NCBI RefSeq assembly: GCF_009834535.1
Contig: NC_045696.1
Coordinates: 19,160,001-19,224,000 of the forward strand
Reading direction: 5' to 3'
Length of the DNA: 64,000 nt
Source of the DNA: Camelus ferus
Taxonomy: Eukaryota
Under the pieces are notes generated by a model that saw only the letters and a program-made list of their open reading frames with translations, had not been told where the DNA came from and ran no database searches. The translations under genes and the position numbers were made by a program. Below are positions 1 to 11,530 of this stretch, one piece after another; the stretch's first letter is position 1, and each line of letters begins with the position of its first letter.

Positions 1-508
1 CAGGTAAGCAGCTGCCCCCAAGTTTCTTTGGCAAGTTTGTTACATAGAGTATAAAAATAAATGGGTGATTCACTAGAGAGGGAAGGGTTTGGGGCCATAT
101 TCCCTGATTTCTATCCCAGCTCCACTTTCTTAAAGGGAGGAGGGATTATTGTCCTTATTTAGTTTTGATCAGGAGTGTCATGGTTGGTGCATGTTGGATA
201 CTTCTAATCTGCAAGGCTAATTTTTTGTAATGAGGGCATAATGTGCAAAAGGTTACATTTGGATGCTGGATATTCCTGCCTTCTCCCACCTTTCTTTGTC
301 AGCCTCTAGGACACTTATCACCCCAAAATGTGTGAACACTTATCAGCCCAGAGGTTCTTGCTTTTCTTTTTCTGCTCAAGGAATGTGTTGTTCGCAAGAC
401 GTATGGTTTCTTGCCATTTGGCCTGTACCCCTCCTTTTTCTGCCCATTCCTGCCATTGGCCTGTGTCCTTCTTTCTCTGCTCATATCTAGCTATCTACCT
501 GCTCTAAC
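1..508 (-). mobile_element. ERV1-type LTR, truncated by the window edge
   Basis: Minus strand starts at 508 with TGTTAGAGCAGGTAGATAGCTAGATATGAGC (TG terminus). The purine-rich U3-like sequence shows little decay and has an abrupt junction with the next LTR segment. Confidence 0.7.
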
Positions 509-741
509 AAGATCCCACCAGGATGACACTAAGATCCGGATTATGTACACTGTCAATAATATATCAGTTATTCTAAAACTCTCTATCTCAAAAAAACCTA
601 AATAACTGTGCCTTGATTTCTAACCAGAGGAACAGTTGTTAGAGCTTTCTGAGATGCTCTTCTTGGGTTATAATCCTCAAATTTGGCTCAAATAATATTT
701 TCCATTTCTTTCCTAGATCAACTGCTTAATTTTTTGTTAAC
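509..741 (+). mobile_element. 3' (R/U5) part of a second ERV1-type LTR
   Basis: agagctttctgagatgctct...ggttataatcctcaaatttggctcaaataatattttccatttct...ttgttaaCA resembles the poly(A)-signal/U5 end of ERV1 LTRs and ends in CA at 741. Confidence 0.6.
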
Positions 742-1036
742 ATAGTAGTGGAGAATTAGACTGGAAGGGGCGACTCTAAGAATTCATTACTCAGGATTGG
801 GTTGGAAGCTTCCTAAAAATTATGCCTTTTTAGGAAGTGGAGTAGAATTGGGCTAAAACTGAGTTAGGACAAAAAATGATTAGAACATTGTACAAAGACC
901 CAAGATTACCTGACGTTGCCCAATTAAATCAGTAGGCAAGGCAAAAGGAGAATATCACAGACAATTTTCCCTCCCAAGAGAAGGTTGAACCTTGGAAAAG
1001 AATAGACATTACTCATTATCAAGGCCAGGAACTGGG

Positions 1037-1078
1037 AAATTCTGACTCAAATTCTGACTCAAATTCTGACTCAAATTC
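1037..1078. repeat. 12-bp tandem repeat (AAATTCTGACTC) x3.5
   Basis: Read directly: units at 1037-1048, 1049-1060 and 1061-1072, plus partial AAATTC. Confidence 0.95.
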
Positions 1079-2584
1079 ATTTTTATGACTTTGAGGCTGA
1101 AATACAAATGCCAACATGAGATCCAGAAATCCAGAAATAGAGTCAGAGATTAAACTGGAACATATAAAATTATTTTCTAAAAATATATTTGCCCCTAGAA
1201 TATGAGAATAAATGCAGAAACATCATTGTTACCTCTTCCTACATATTACAGATAATTCAATTTTCTCAGCTACATGATGCCAATTAGGCTTTTATAATAA
1301 ATGCAGATGATTACAAATTCAGCATTTGGCTTTTCCTATGAATTATATTCAATTAACTTTGTTTATCCACATGTGACTTGCCTGTGGCAAAAGTTGGATC
1401 AGATACTATCCTTTCCCAATCTGTCAATTCAAGCCTCAGCCACTTACCTCTGCCACAAAAGTGGAGATTCAGGTAACATAAGGTAACTTACTAATATCCT
1501 AAGTGAAATATAATTAGGACCATATACCTGCCATAGTAAAACAAATTCACACTATGATTTTCAAATTCAAATAAAAATTATTTTTAAAATACTCATAAAA
1601 CATCTAAAAGAACATTTATGAGACAACATTGATTTAATCAAAAGTGGTGGAACGTAATCTGAGACTATTTCCTTATACTTATGACTTTGCCCACATTATT
1701 TTTATTTCTTTAACATTCTGAGGGGTTAAAAAAATGCATGTAACAATAATATCAAAGTCAATATTAACTTAAATTTTAATTAGCAAGTCTTTGTGTGTTG
1801 TGCATTTGTGTGCATACACACCATCTGAAAATCTAGTTGAAACAGGAAATGATGTAAGTGATTAGAAAGCGATGTCAAGAAGGAGTCATGTCAATCAGCA
1901 AACATAGGTTTTGGAGGCTAGAGTATGAATAAACTGCAACTAAGTATTCCTGTTTATAAATATGGAGTTCATTGTCTTCCTCATTGAGAGTCTTGGTCCT
2001 CTCTTCCTTCCACAATGACTGGTACAACAGCTGTGGTCCATTTATTTCAGTTGCATTGGGTTCTTCCTACTGATCGTATCCTGATTCTGTTGCCACCATA
2101 TTATAGAGTGAATTCAATACACCAGAAGACCTTTGCTAAAAGTAGTTTAAGGTTTTCTGTTTTAACCTTCTTTTATAATGACCGGACCCCCTCAATTCAA
2201 CTGTCTTTGTTGCAGAAGGGACTTCTTAAAATATTTGTACACAAACATTCCATATTGAGGTGGTGGCTGTAACATCCCCAAATGAAGCATTTAAGAATGT
2301 GACAGAGTAGATAAGCTGGCAGACCGTTAAGTTCTTAAGAGGTTATCCCAATGCCTTCTCAGTTTGAGAACATCTCAAGTCCCAGGAATATAGTTTTTCT
2401 TTCTTTCACAGAGTGCAGCTCTTTATTTTATATACAAGCTAAACATCAGGTATATAAAACTTAGTGAATAATTAAATTATATCCTTTCGTAACTATTTCT
2501 ATAATCTGCTCCCTTAAAAAGGTGTTTTATGGTGATCGAGCGAAATGTTTGAATGGCTCTTTTTTTTTCCCTCCAGTGTGGACA

Positions 2585-2900
2585 CACACTAATTTGAAAA
2601 GACGTATGAACCCCCATGTTCATTGCAGCAATATTTACATCAGCGACGATATCAAAACAGCCCAAGTGTCCATCAAAAGATGAATGAATAAATAGTGGAA
2701 TGTTATTCAGCCATTAAAGAAGAATTAGATCTCACCATTTGCAACCATGATGGGCCTCGAGGGCATTATACTAAGAGAAAAAAGTCAGAGTAAGACAAAT
2801 ACCATATGATCTCTTTTACAGGTGGAATCTAAAAATATGTAAGTTCACAGATACAGAGAATAGATTGTTGGTTGCTGGGGTGGGGTCAGGCAGAAAGGTA
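2585..2900 (+). mobile_element. L1 3' end fragment (ORF2 C-terminus/3' UTR)
   Basis: cccatgttcattgcagca...cccaagtgtccatcaa...ttcagccattaaagaag...gggcattatactaag...aaataccatatgatctc...acagatacagagaatagattg are hallmark L1 3' motifs. Confidence 0.85.
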
Positions 2901-3010
2901 TAATATACATTTATATTTTTTTAAAAAGGAAGGTGTGCAAGACAGCATACGTTGTATGCTACATTTTATAAGAAGGAAGTGAACCTAAGACAATAAACAC
3001 TTATATGTTA

Positions 3011-3288
3011 TGATATTGTGATTTATAATGAAAAATATTTATATTTGGCCTTTGTCCCCAGTCCCCTACACATCGCTCTTAAAACCCTTGTAAATTCCTA
3101 AGTGATAAGAGCACTAGGGATGTCTTTTGTTTTAATGAGGTGACTCTGGGTGGGCTGCTGGATGGCTTCCAGAAGGGGGCTGGTCACAACGAAGACCAAG
3201 CCGTAATTAGAAGCATGGAATTTTCAGTGCCCCCTTATCTTCTCTAGAGAGGGAAGAGGGGCTGGAAATGGAATTAATAACTGATCAT
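3011..3288 (+). mobile_element. MER21-like LTR, 5' part
   Basis: Starts TGATATTGTGATTTATAATGAAAAATATTTATATTTGGCCTTTGTCCCCAG, then taatgaggtgactctggg and gaagaccaagccgtaattagaag, matching my recall of the MER21B start. Confidence 0.75.
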
Positions 3289-5052
3289 AAAAAATAAGCA
3301 AATACGTATTGAGTGAATACATTCATGACTAATTAACTTATAAAGTCATGAATGTGGAAGGGGGCAGGCTCTGGGGAGCCAAGAAGACATCTTACACATC
3401 TGGACTGGGGAGGCTCAAAGAAAGAACAGCTGGATCCCCATTCACTAGTTTTTCTTTGCACTCTCAGAATTAATACTTAGGTTTTGTTCACCAGAGATTA
3501 TTTGATAATCTTCTCCATTAAAAATCATACCAATTTATAGATACTATTCTCTAAAGGTGAAAGAGACTGGGGCATACCTCTCAAGTGCATCTTCTTCAGG
3601 GTCTGTGGTAAAATTCTTGAACTAAAACTAACTCCCAATTGTAGTTTATTAAGAAAGGAAGTATTTGAAGACCAGCACGCTTTCTAAGTCTTAGAATGTT
3701 AAAGGTGGAGAAGCTTTTATCCTTCCACTTTTGTATCATTGAAAATCAGGGGTTATTTATTTATTTACTTATTTATTGCAGTTAAAAAATAAAGAATGAA
3801 TCCTCTTTGCCTTTAAAGTGCCTTTCACCTTAGAGTGAAAAAAATTTTCTTTCTTTAAGCCCATGTAGTATATGGATTGTTTTAAGTTTCTATCAGATAT
3901 AACTTGAATCTTATCTTTTACATATGTCAGCACGGTCAATTTATATATTTCTAGGTGATATTGAAGCTCTGTGATAATCTCATATGTTATTTATTTTGGC
4001 ATTGTCTGATTATTTATAATCATTAACCTGTTATTTCTAAAATAACTTTTATTAAAACTATCAACATTAAATAAACGTCTTAATGGAGACTTCTAGGCGG
4101 TTGTTATAAAACGGAAAAGGAGTAAACATGTAAACATGATTTTCGAGTCTCTAATTGTTTTCATTTGTCATGCATGTCTAAGGTAAACTGAACTCTCACT
4201 GATTTGTCAGATGTATTATGTAATTTAGGATGACATAATGCATATCCATCAGGGAAATGTATTTATCACACATTAAATTAGACTGTCTCCCATTGTCTTA
4301 ACAAAGCATTAACTAGAATCAATTAGTGAAAATATCTGTGGAAAATATGTAACAATGTACACAGGATTAACTCAGCCAAACTACTGTATTATGCTGTGTT
4401 ATATATATTTTAGCTAATTTTGTGGTTTTCTTCTTTTTGTAGCTTTCTAGATAGGGAAATCTCATATTGTGAAGATCTGTAAACACAGGGCAGATTTTCT
4501 GTGTTGTACAGTATAAATATCATTTGTCACATTTTTGTTGGTCCAAAAGGTTTAGAAATGCTTCCTAGGTTGGTGAAACTGACCAGGCGGAGAGTCTGTC
4601 CCTCCCCAAGGTAGAAACTCATCTAAGAAGACTTTCTATTGGATGTATTCAGCTATGTGACATGAGCCCCAACAATCAGAAATCCAGCTTGAGCCTTATA
4701 TTCTTTAAACTAGAGACACCAAGAAATGGCAGCCCCCCCTCCCTGCAACCGACCCCCATGCCTGCTCAGTGGCAGTGGAAGCAAAGCTTCCAAAGGTAAC
4801 ACACCATATCTAGTGTCTGTGACAAAAACTGAGCTGTTTCTGCCCAGCAGCAAAAGTGGTGGATTAAAAACAGTCCTGCCATATGGTTTGAGTGTAACCT
4901 CTGGTTGTATAAACTCCAAACATTACTCTCCAGCCCTTCTTGAGATATCAAGTATTATTTTATAATTTGTGTTTTCACTAAGCCCAGTTTTTTGTTTTTG
5001 TTTTTTTTTAATTAACAAAGAGTCGAATAACAGTATTTAAACAGATTTGAAA

Positions 5053-5371
5053 CAGTGTTGTTCAAACTGATGGCTCGTGAAATCAACTTAAGTATAGCTA
5101 GATATATTTTTTTGATCAAATAGAACAGAAATATCAGAGTCAAACATATGTAATAATATTATAGTTTCATGAAATATTTGTTTCATGCATGCCAGTATTT
5201 ATATAATATATACATAGGTGTGTATATATATGAATGTATGTGAATGCATACATATATTAATATATGCATGTATTTGTGTATACACACACACACACACATC
5301 CATTATATACATCCTAGATGTCAAGTAAAACATTTTTTTACTGAACTTGTGGAGAAAAAAAATGACCACTG
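5053..5371. mobile_element. Non-autonomous hAT/Charlie-type DNA transposon with internal TA/CA simple repeat
   Basis: Ends CAGTGTTGTTCAAACT ... AATGACCACTG form degenerate inverted termini; the internal gtgaaatcaactta...aaatatcagagt...gtttcatgaaatatttgtttca fits an old hAT MER. Exact family not assigned. Confidence 0.55.
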
Positions 5372-6369
5372 GTTTAAATGTATTTTAGATGGAGACTTTG
5401 GGTGGTATAGCACAATTTTAAAATAAATTTTGAGATACAGTAGTATGTAATTGGTTTATAATAATTAATCACCCGATGAGGCCTTTATACCTTCACTTCC
5501 ATCTCAACCAATATCTGGCTATACCTAAATTACAGAGCAAAAGAAAGCATTCTCAGCAAATTCCTGCAGATTTTAACTTTTAAAACAAAATAAAACACCA
5601 CCTCCAATATCCAAATATTTCAGTTCTGCTTCTTGTTCTAATGACTTTTCACCTTCCCAGTAGTAACCTAAAAATATGTAATTGTGCTCATTCTAAAAAC
5701 ATGGTTTCATCTGCTGGCAAGATCTTGGCTTTTACTCTGTCTCAGAGATAGGAAGCTTTTAGAATTCTCTCTTAGAATGATAAGAAACTATTGTACACCA
5801 TTATATAAAAATATCAAGAGATTCCTTCAGTGAAAAGGTCATATCCAACTTGTTTGAGCTATTTTCTTTTATCAAATTCAATAGTTTATTTCCTTTGTTG
5901 GGTTCTGTGGTTCTTTCTGTTTGTGAAAAATCTCTTGACAACTGTGAATATACAACAATAATTCTGGGCAGACTGAAGTGCCAAGGAGCTTCATATCTAG
6001 AAAAGATGCTGTCTGGTGGGATGTGGATACAAGTTAATAGCATCAAAATAACAGCAGCAACCACTGAAGGGAAAAAAAAAAAAAGAACAGATTAACCCTC
6101 TACCAACTCATTCAGTCTGAACAGAAAATGGATGATTGAAATGTAATTTGTTTTAACATGTTAATTTGGGTTTTAGACCAACAGTAATCATGAGATGGAA
6201 GTGCATTTGCAATGATGGAGATCAGTATTGTCAATTTTGACTTTTTGGGGTGATTTTATTTCTGGAAGGGAAGAAAAAACCTAGCTTAGAAAAAATATTT
6301 GAAAATGAAGCATGCCATTGGTTCACATTTATTTATTTCCTTCCTACTCTTGTCGTGCTTCTTTGCAGG

Positions 6370-6730
6370 AGTATTTTCTCGGGCCCATTGACTTTGGATT
6401 TGGTCAAATAAGTTGATTTGCCCAATGGAATGTTGATATGCATGACATAAGTCACATTCAAACGAGGGCTATAAACACCCTTGTGTGTTTCAGGTCTGTT
6501 CCTCCTCCCTTTCCCTTTCCAGCTTCTGCCTCAGTCAGAGTAGTTTGCTCAATATAGAAGCTGCTTCTTCCTCCTGGGTCCTAGAAAGAGACGACATAAA
6601 AACCTTGGCCCGGGCCCACTTAGCCCAGCTGCAGATTAAGCATTTCTCTCACTGAATATGAGGAGGCATATAACAAAATCTACTGACCTTCTGTGGCTGT
6701 TTATTGTCGAATCAAAAGCTTATTAATGCA
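6370..6730 (+). mobile_element. MaLR LTR (old MLT1 subfamily)
   Basis: cccattgactttggatttggtc...gcccaatggaatgttg...gctgcttcttcctcctgggtcc motifs typical of MLT1H/I/J. Confidence 0.6.
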
Positions 6731-6749
6731 GAATGTAAACACCTATCCA

Positions 6750-7668
6750 GCAAGCCTGCTCCTGCGATCAGTAACATCTCAACCACTGTTTACTCCATTA
6801 TTCTGTTTGCTGAAGCCACAGGCTTCAGTGTCATCCTTGATCCTTCTCTTTCTCACACATGTCTAGTTCTCAATGACTCACGTTGACTTTACCTTCAAAA
6901 CATACCCCAAACCTGACAACTGCTCATCTGTCTACTCAGTCATCACCATCTTGGTACAAGTCACGTTCTCTCTCACGAAGATTATTACAAGGGTCGGATA
7001 ACGGGCCTCCTTCCTGTTCGAGCCCTTGTGCTCTTTAGAGTAGTCTTAACACAGTGATCATAGTCACCATATTAAAGCATAAACAGAATCATTTCCATCT
7101 TTTGCTTAAGGCTTTTCAGTGGCCTCCTGTCTCACGCAGGGCAAAACTCCGAGTCCTTCTTAGAGCCTACAAGACCCACTAGTGGCATAGGGTGCACCTC
7201 CGCCCTCACCCTTTCACTGCTCTCCACCTTCCTAGCCCACCTCAGTCCACTCCATTGATGCTGGCTTCTGCCAGTATAGTCTCACCTCAAGGAACCTTGA
7301 ACATACTGATCATTCTATCTGGAAAGACCTTCTCCCATATCACCAAGGCTCATCGTCTCTCCCTGTTAGCTCAAAAACAGTCACAAGTAGTCAAAAGTAA
7401 TGCTCTCAGGGAGGAGGCCTGCCCAGGACACCCCTGTCTAAATCTTCAGCTCTACCCACTCACCTGCACAAATATGCTTTATATCATCTTTCCTGCTTAT
7501 TTCCCATCCTTAGCACACTGAATGTTTAATCTTTATTATGTTGTTTAATCTTTATTATGTTTCTAAGCTCAAAGAGGGCAGAATTTGATTTCTCTTTTGT
7601 TTCCTGATATATCCCCAGTGCCCACTGTTAACAGGCACTCAAGAAAATGTATTGTCGAAGAAATGAAC
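6750..7668 (+). mobile_element. L2 (L2a-like) 3' portion
   Basis: gtcatccttgatccttctctttctcacac...taccttcaaaacatacc...ggaggcctgcccaggacacccctg... and the terminal ggcactcaagaaaatgtattgtcgaagaaatgaa (L2 3' tail). Confidence 0.85.
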
Positions 7669-7669
7669 C

Positions 7670-8610
7670 TGTGTAGAGCTTGCCAAGAAATGTGAAAAAA
7701 TTAGTATTGGCACTCTTACCCCATCATGCCAGTAAAAATTAAAAAGGAACAGAGGGTTAAAGAGGGAGGGAGGGTGGTTTGTGGGGAGGGGCTCTATCTG
7801 TGTGTCGTATCAGAAAGAATCTTGCTAAAAGGGGGATTGTAAATACCCAGCCTTGGGAAAAACAGCTTCCTTATGGAGTGGTTATCAGTTGGAATTTTGG
7901 GGGATGAGGGATCTGAGAAAGCTGCCAAAGGGTCTATGAGAGAAAGAACCAGCTGTAATTACCCACCACGGCAACACCAGCTCCTACATTGCCTGCCATG
8001 TAAAAATGTATAATTTTTTCTAATGCTCCACCTATGAATACAATGGGAACACTGGTAAATTTCTGAGTGTGCGTGTGCGTGTGCATGTGTGTGTGTTGTT
8101 GTTGTTTTTTGGGGCAGAGCTAGTATATCTTGGATGGAGTTCAGAAGTTGACCGTGCCCACTGTTCCATTTCCCTATCCCTCGGCTGACGCAGTAGCAAA
8201 GGGTGTGAAATGATCTAAAATCTCTGACTCACAGCAGGTGTTTAGCTCTATTTCTGGGAGAATTGGTAATGCCAGCGAGATTGTAGATTCTCTGCCAAAA
8301 GGAGAGGTACAAACAATATGTACTATGGTTGAGAAAAAGACCTATCAGTACTAGCTACCTAGAGGGGAGAGAGGTTTAATGGAGAAAGAGATAATGTCAC
8401 TGATAACCTAGACAGGAAGAGAGGAGTTTGGGTTTCATGGGGGAGGAATGGGGATTAGGAGAAATGGACTGGTTTTCTTAAAGAATACAGGCACAGAAGG
8501 AAGAAAAATGTGTTTGTGGTGGACGGAAAAATCTTGATGCATTTACGCTGAATTTCTGGTGACTGTGTTCAACTGCCTCATAAATCGGAAACCCAGGTGT
8601 TTATAGTTGC
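7670..8610. mobile_element. Probable very old LTR element, family unassigned
   Basis: Purine/G-rich ~900-bp block starting TG directly after the L2 end, with composition like old LTR78/Gypsy-type LTRs. No firm consensus match. Confidence 0.3.
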
Positions 8611-8960
8611 CATATTTGAAATTAAAAAAAATAAGTAAATCAATGTTAAATTGACAACTCCAATAATGTTTGTGGTGTTGATAAAAAATAGACTATGTTG
8701 ATTTATAAAGTGATCTGTGTGCTGAGGCTGGCTAGCTGTTATATGCATCGTATGTTAATCAGGCTTTTGATGTGTAAAAAATATAATTTAGCACTAAAAT
8801 GTTTTTATTTTAAACAGGGTTTATCTTAATTTTTTTTTTCCTTGTGAAACTAGGGTCTGAACTGAAGCAATAAAAGGAATCTCTTAATATCATTAGCTCA
8901 TATTTAGGAACCAAAGTTAACTGTCACTTGTGATCATTCACAGAATCAGTTGATCAAATG

Positions 8961-9003
8961 ATGCTCCTATGCAGCAGTATATGCTCCTATGCAGCAGTAT
9001 ATG
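8961..9003. repeat. Perfect 20-bp tandem duplication (ATGCTCCTATGCAGCAGTAT) x2
   Basis: 8961-8980 is identical to 8981-9000, followed by ATG. Confidence 0.95.
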
Positions 9004-10637
9004 TCAAAGTGTAACTGATCTCTGTAAGTTTGCCCAGGAAACATGTACCACTTTCTACGAAGAGAAAGACTAACCTCTAGCTTAGTACATGAGAAAAGTA
9101 AGTATGCTAATTAGAAATAAATTAAATCTCCTAGTTTTATATTTCCACCAAAAAAAATCCTACAATACTATCCCATTTAGAATGTTAATAATTGGAAAAC
9201 CCATCTTACAGAACAACAGAAATAAGAGCTAGACTCCTAACTTTATGAAGATTGCTTTAAATAAATTATTAGTGCACCCTGCAATAGGTTGAACACCTTT
9301 ATATGTTTATGGTAAAATGCCTTTTTATATTTTTACTTGTCACTCTGGGTTGCTAAGCACATATTGTGCACAAATAACCTTGAGAAGAATTTTAAGAGAA
9401 ACTCATATTGTGTGATAGTGATTGAAGAGAAAAGTGGCAACTTAATCATGTCCCATAATAATAATTTTACCTACATCAGGGAAGAAGCCTTAAAATCCTA
9501 AGTTATTGTAGCTGCAGAAAATTGCTCTCACATCTATATGTTAATAAGAAAAAGTAGAAATGTAAAATTTGAATGCGCAAATGTAACTCTCCAAATTATA
9601 ATAGAATTAAACATGAAGACATTATGTTTCATGCATATTTAACATTAAGCACTAGGTATGTACTGTATCCTCAATTCTGCTGGCATATTTGCATATTCAG
9701 TTCTTCTTAGAAATGGTTCATGGGATGTGATGTATCACAACAAATCACATTACCATACATAGAACACCTTGACGGAGTGTATTAGGGACATTCTAAATTT
9801 CTGTTCATTTGCATCTTTGGGAAGGTCTTATTCTTCAGCAGCTAAACTGGTTTGGTCACCAGTACACACCATAGCACGCTGTGATGGCAATTGTTCAGGC
9901 CCTCTCTGCAGTTGTATCTCTGAGGAATGCACATAAATTCTCATGTTTACATCGAGGGCAGTGAGTTATTTTCTGTTACCGACTCTTGTCGGTTCTCATG
10001 ACAGCAGGTGGATGATGAAACTCAGTTGTGGGGCCCAACTCCCACGCAGAAAGCACATTTCTTTGATCATTGCTGAATCTGACAAGTATTTTCATTTTTT
10101 AAAAAAACACAGCAGGTTTCCTTCTACAGTTAGTTGGGGGAACCAGTAGAGGCAACAACACAGTTGTAATCATTCTACCTCTTCCATAAATTAACCATCC
10201 TTAAGTTGATCCATTCATGTTTATATGGCAGAGTCTGCATCCTTCAGGAATTGCATTATTAACCTCATTTCTAACAATCTAAATGCTGTCTTAAAATTTT
10301 GAATGCCATTTATCTATTATATGACAGTGCACCTTCAATTTGGGGGAAAATTTTTGAAGAGAACATGCTGAATGGATTAAGATGGTTACAAGTAAGTTTA
10401 ACAAATCCTTAGAAACTGCTGATGCTGATATGAGTTTTGTCTGTGTTCTAGTGTATGAGACACATATCTTTGGGAGTGAAGAGAACTAACTTTTGCAGAA
10501 TTACTTAGCTTTAAAACAAGATTTTAAAGTTTTTGAAATAGCCTTGATGACAATAGTAAGCCATGGATTTTTATTTAATGAAGAAGATGTAAAGGTGCCC
10601 AGATTTTGAAATACTAAAAAGTTTATTATGCATCTAT

Positions 10638-10810
10638 CATTGTTTCTCAAACAACTAAGTACAGCTGGAAGAGATTTTCTTTTAATTTAAAAATTTTGAT
10701 CATCACCTTTAAATATGCTGATATAGCATGTCTAGTGCAGTGCCCAGGAATCTGAATTTTTAACCTCAGTGAACTGGTATTCAGGTGATCAGTTTAAAAA
10801 CACCAATGGG
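10638..10810. mobile_element. MER5-like hAT MITE, degenerate
   Basis: cattgtttctcaaac start, gcccaggaatctgaatttttaac core, agtttaaaaacaccaatg end. Confidence 0.55.
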
Positions 10811-10984
10811 GACTATACTCCAAAACATTCTGTATCGCCCTTAAATTAATAGAAAATGGAAAATACATTTATTTTACATTAAAAATTAGAAAACCATGAA
10901 TAAGAAATTTTTCATCCTACTAGGCATACCCGGGTAGGCATCAAGTGGTATTTATTTGCTCATGTTTTTTTTTGCTCATAAGCA

Positions 10985-11530
10985 TACTTTGGGCTGCAAG
11001 TAAGAGAAAAACCCTACTTGTCTGGCTTAAAACTTAAAAAAATAAATTACAAGCTCCAGGATTTTAAGTTTAGCTGCTAAGTTACTTCATTAAGGACCAG
11101 TGGGCCTTTAAAATTTTGTTGGCTTAGAATGTTGGCTTGTTCACAGGCTAGCTCTTTATAAGGCCAAGGGAACCCTGCAGTGGTTCCAGCCAACATTTCC
11201 AGCCAGAAATGAAAAAGGCCAGCAAATGTGAAGGGAAGATTTTTTTCTTTAAAGATGATGGAAACATATTCTAGAGTTTCCTGAGAAACAGGATTAAAAA
11301 TAGATAAAATATCAAATTTGATAGAATTGCTTTACAAGCCAATGCCTAAATCCATCGTTGGAAATAAGAATGGAGTCTGAATAGCTGGTTCTAACTGATC
11401 AAGTATGAACCCTGGAGCTGGAGATGGTTGATTCTTTATTGAGTTGGTGAAGGATGAACACAAAAATTTGATTCTGCCAGAAAAGAAGTTAAGTTTCTAT
11501 TGGTCAGGTAACCACAAGTTTCTGCTAGTA
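10985..11530 (-). mobile_element. MaLR LTR (MLT1K/L-like)
   Basis: ttgggctgcaagtaagagaaaaccctacttgtctggcttaaaac...caagccaatgcctaaatccatc...ccctggagctggagatgg. Confidence 0.6.
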
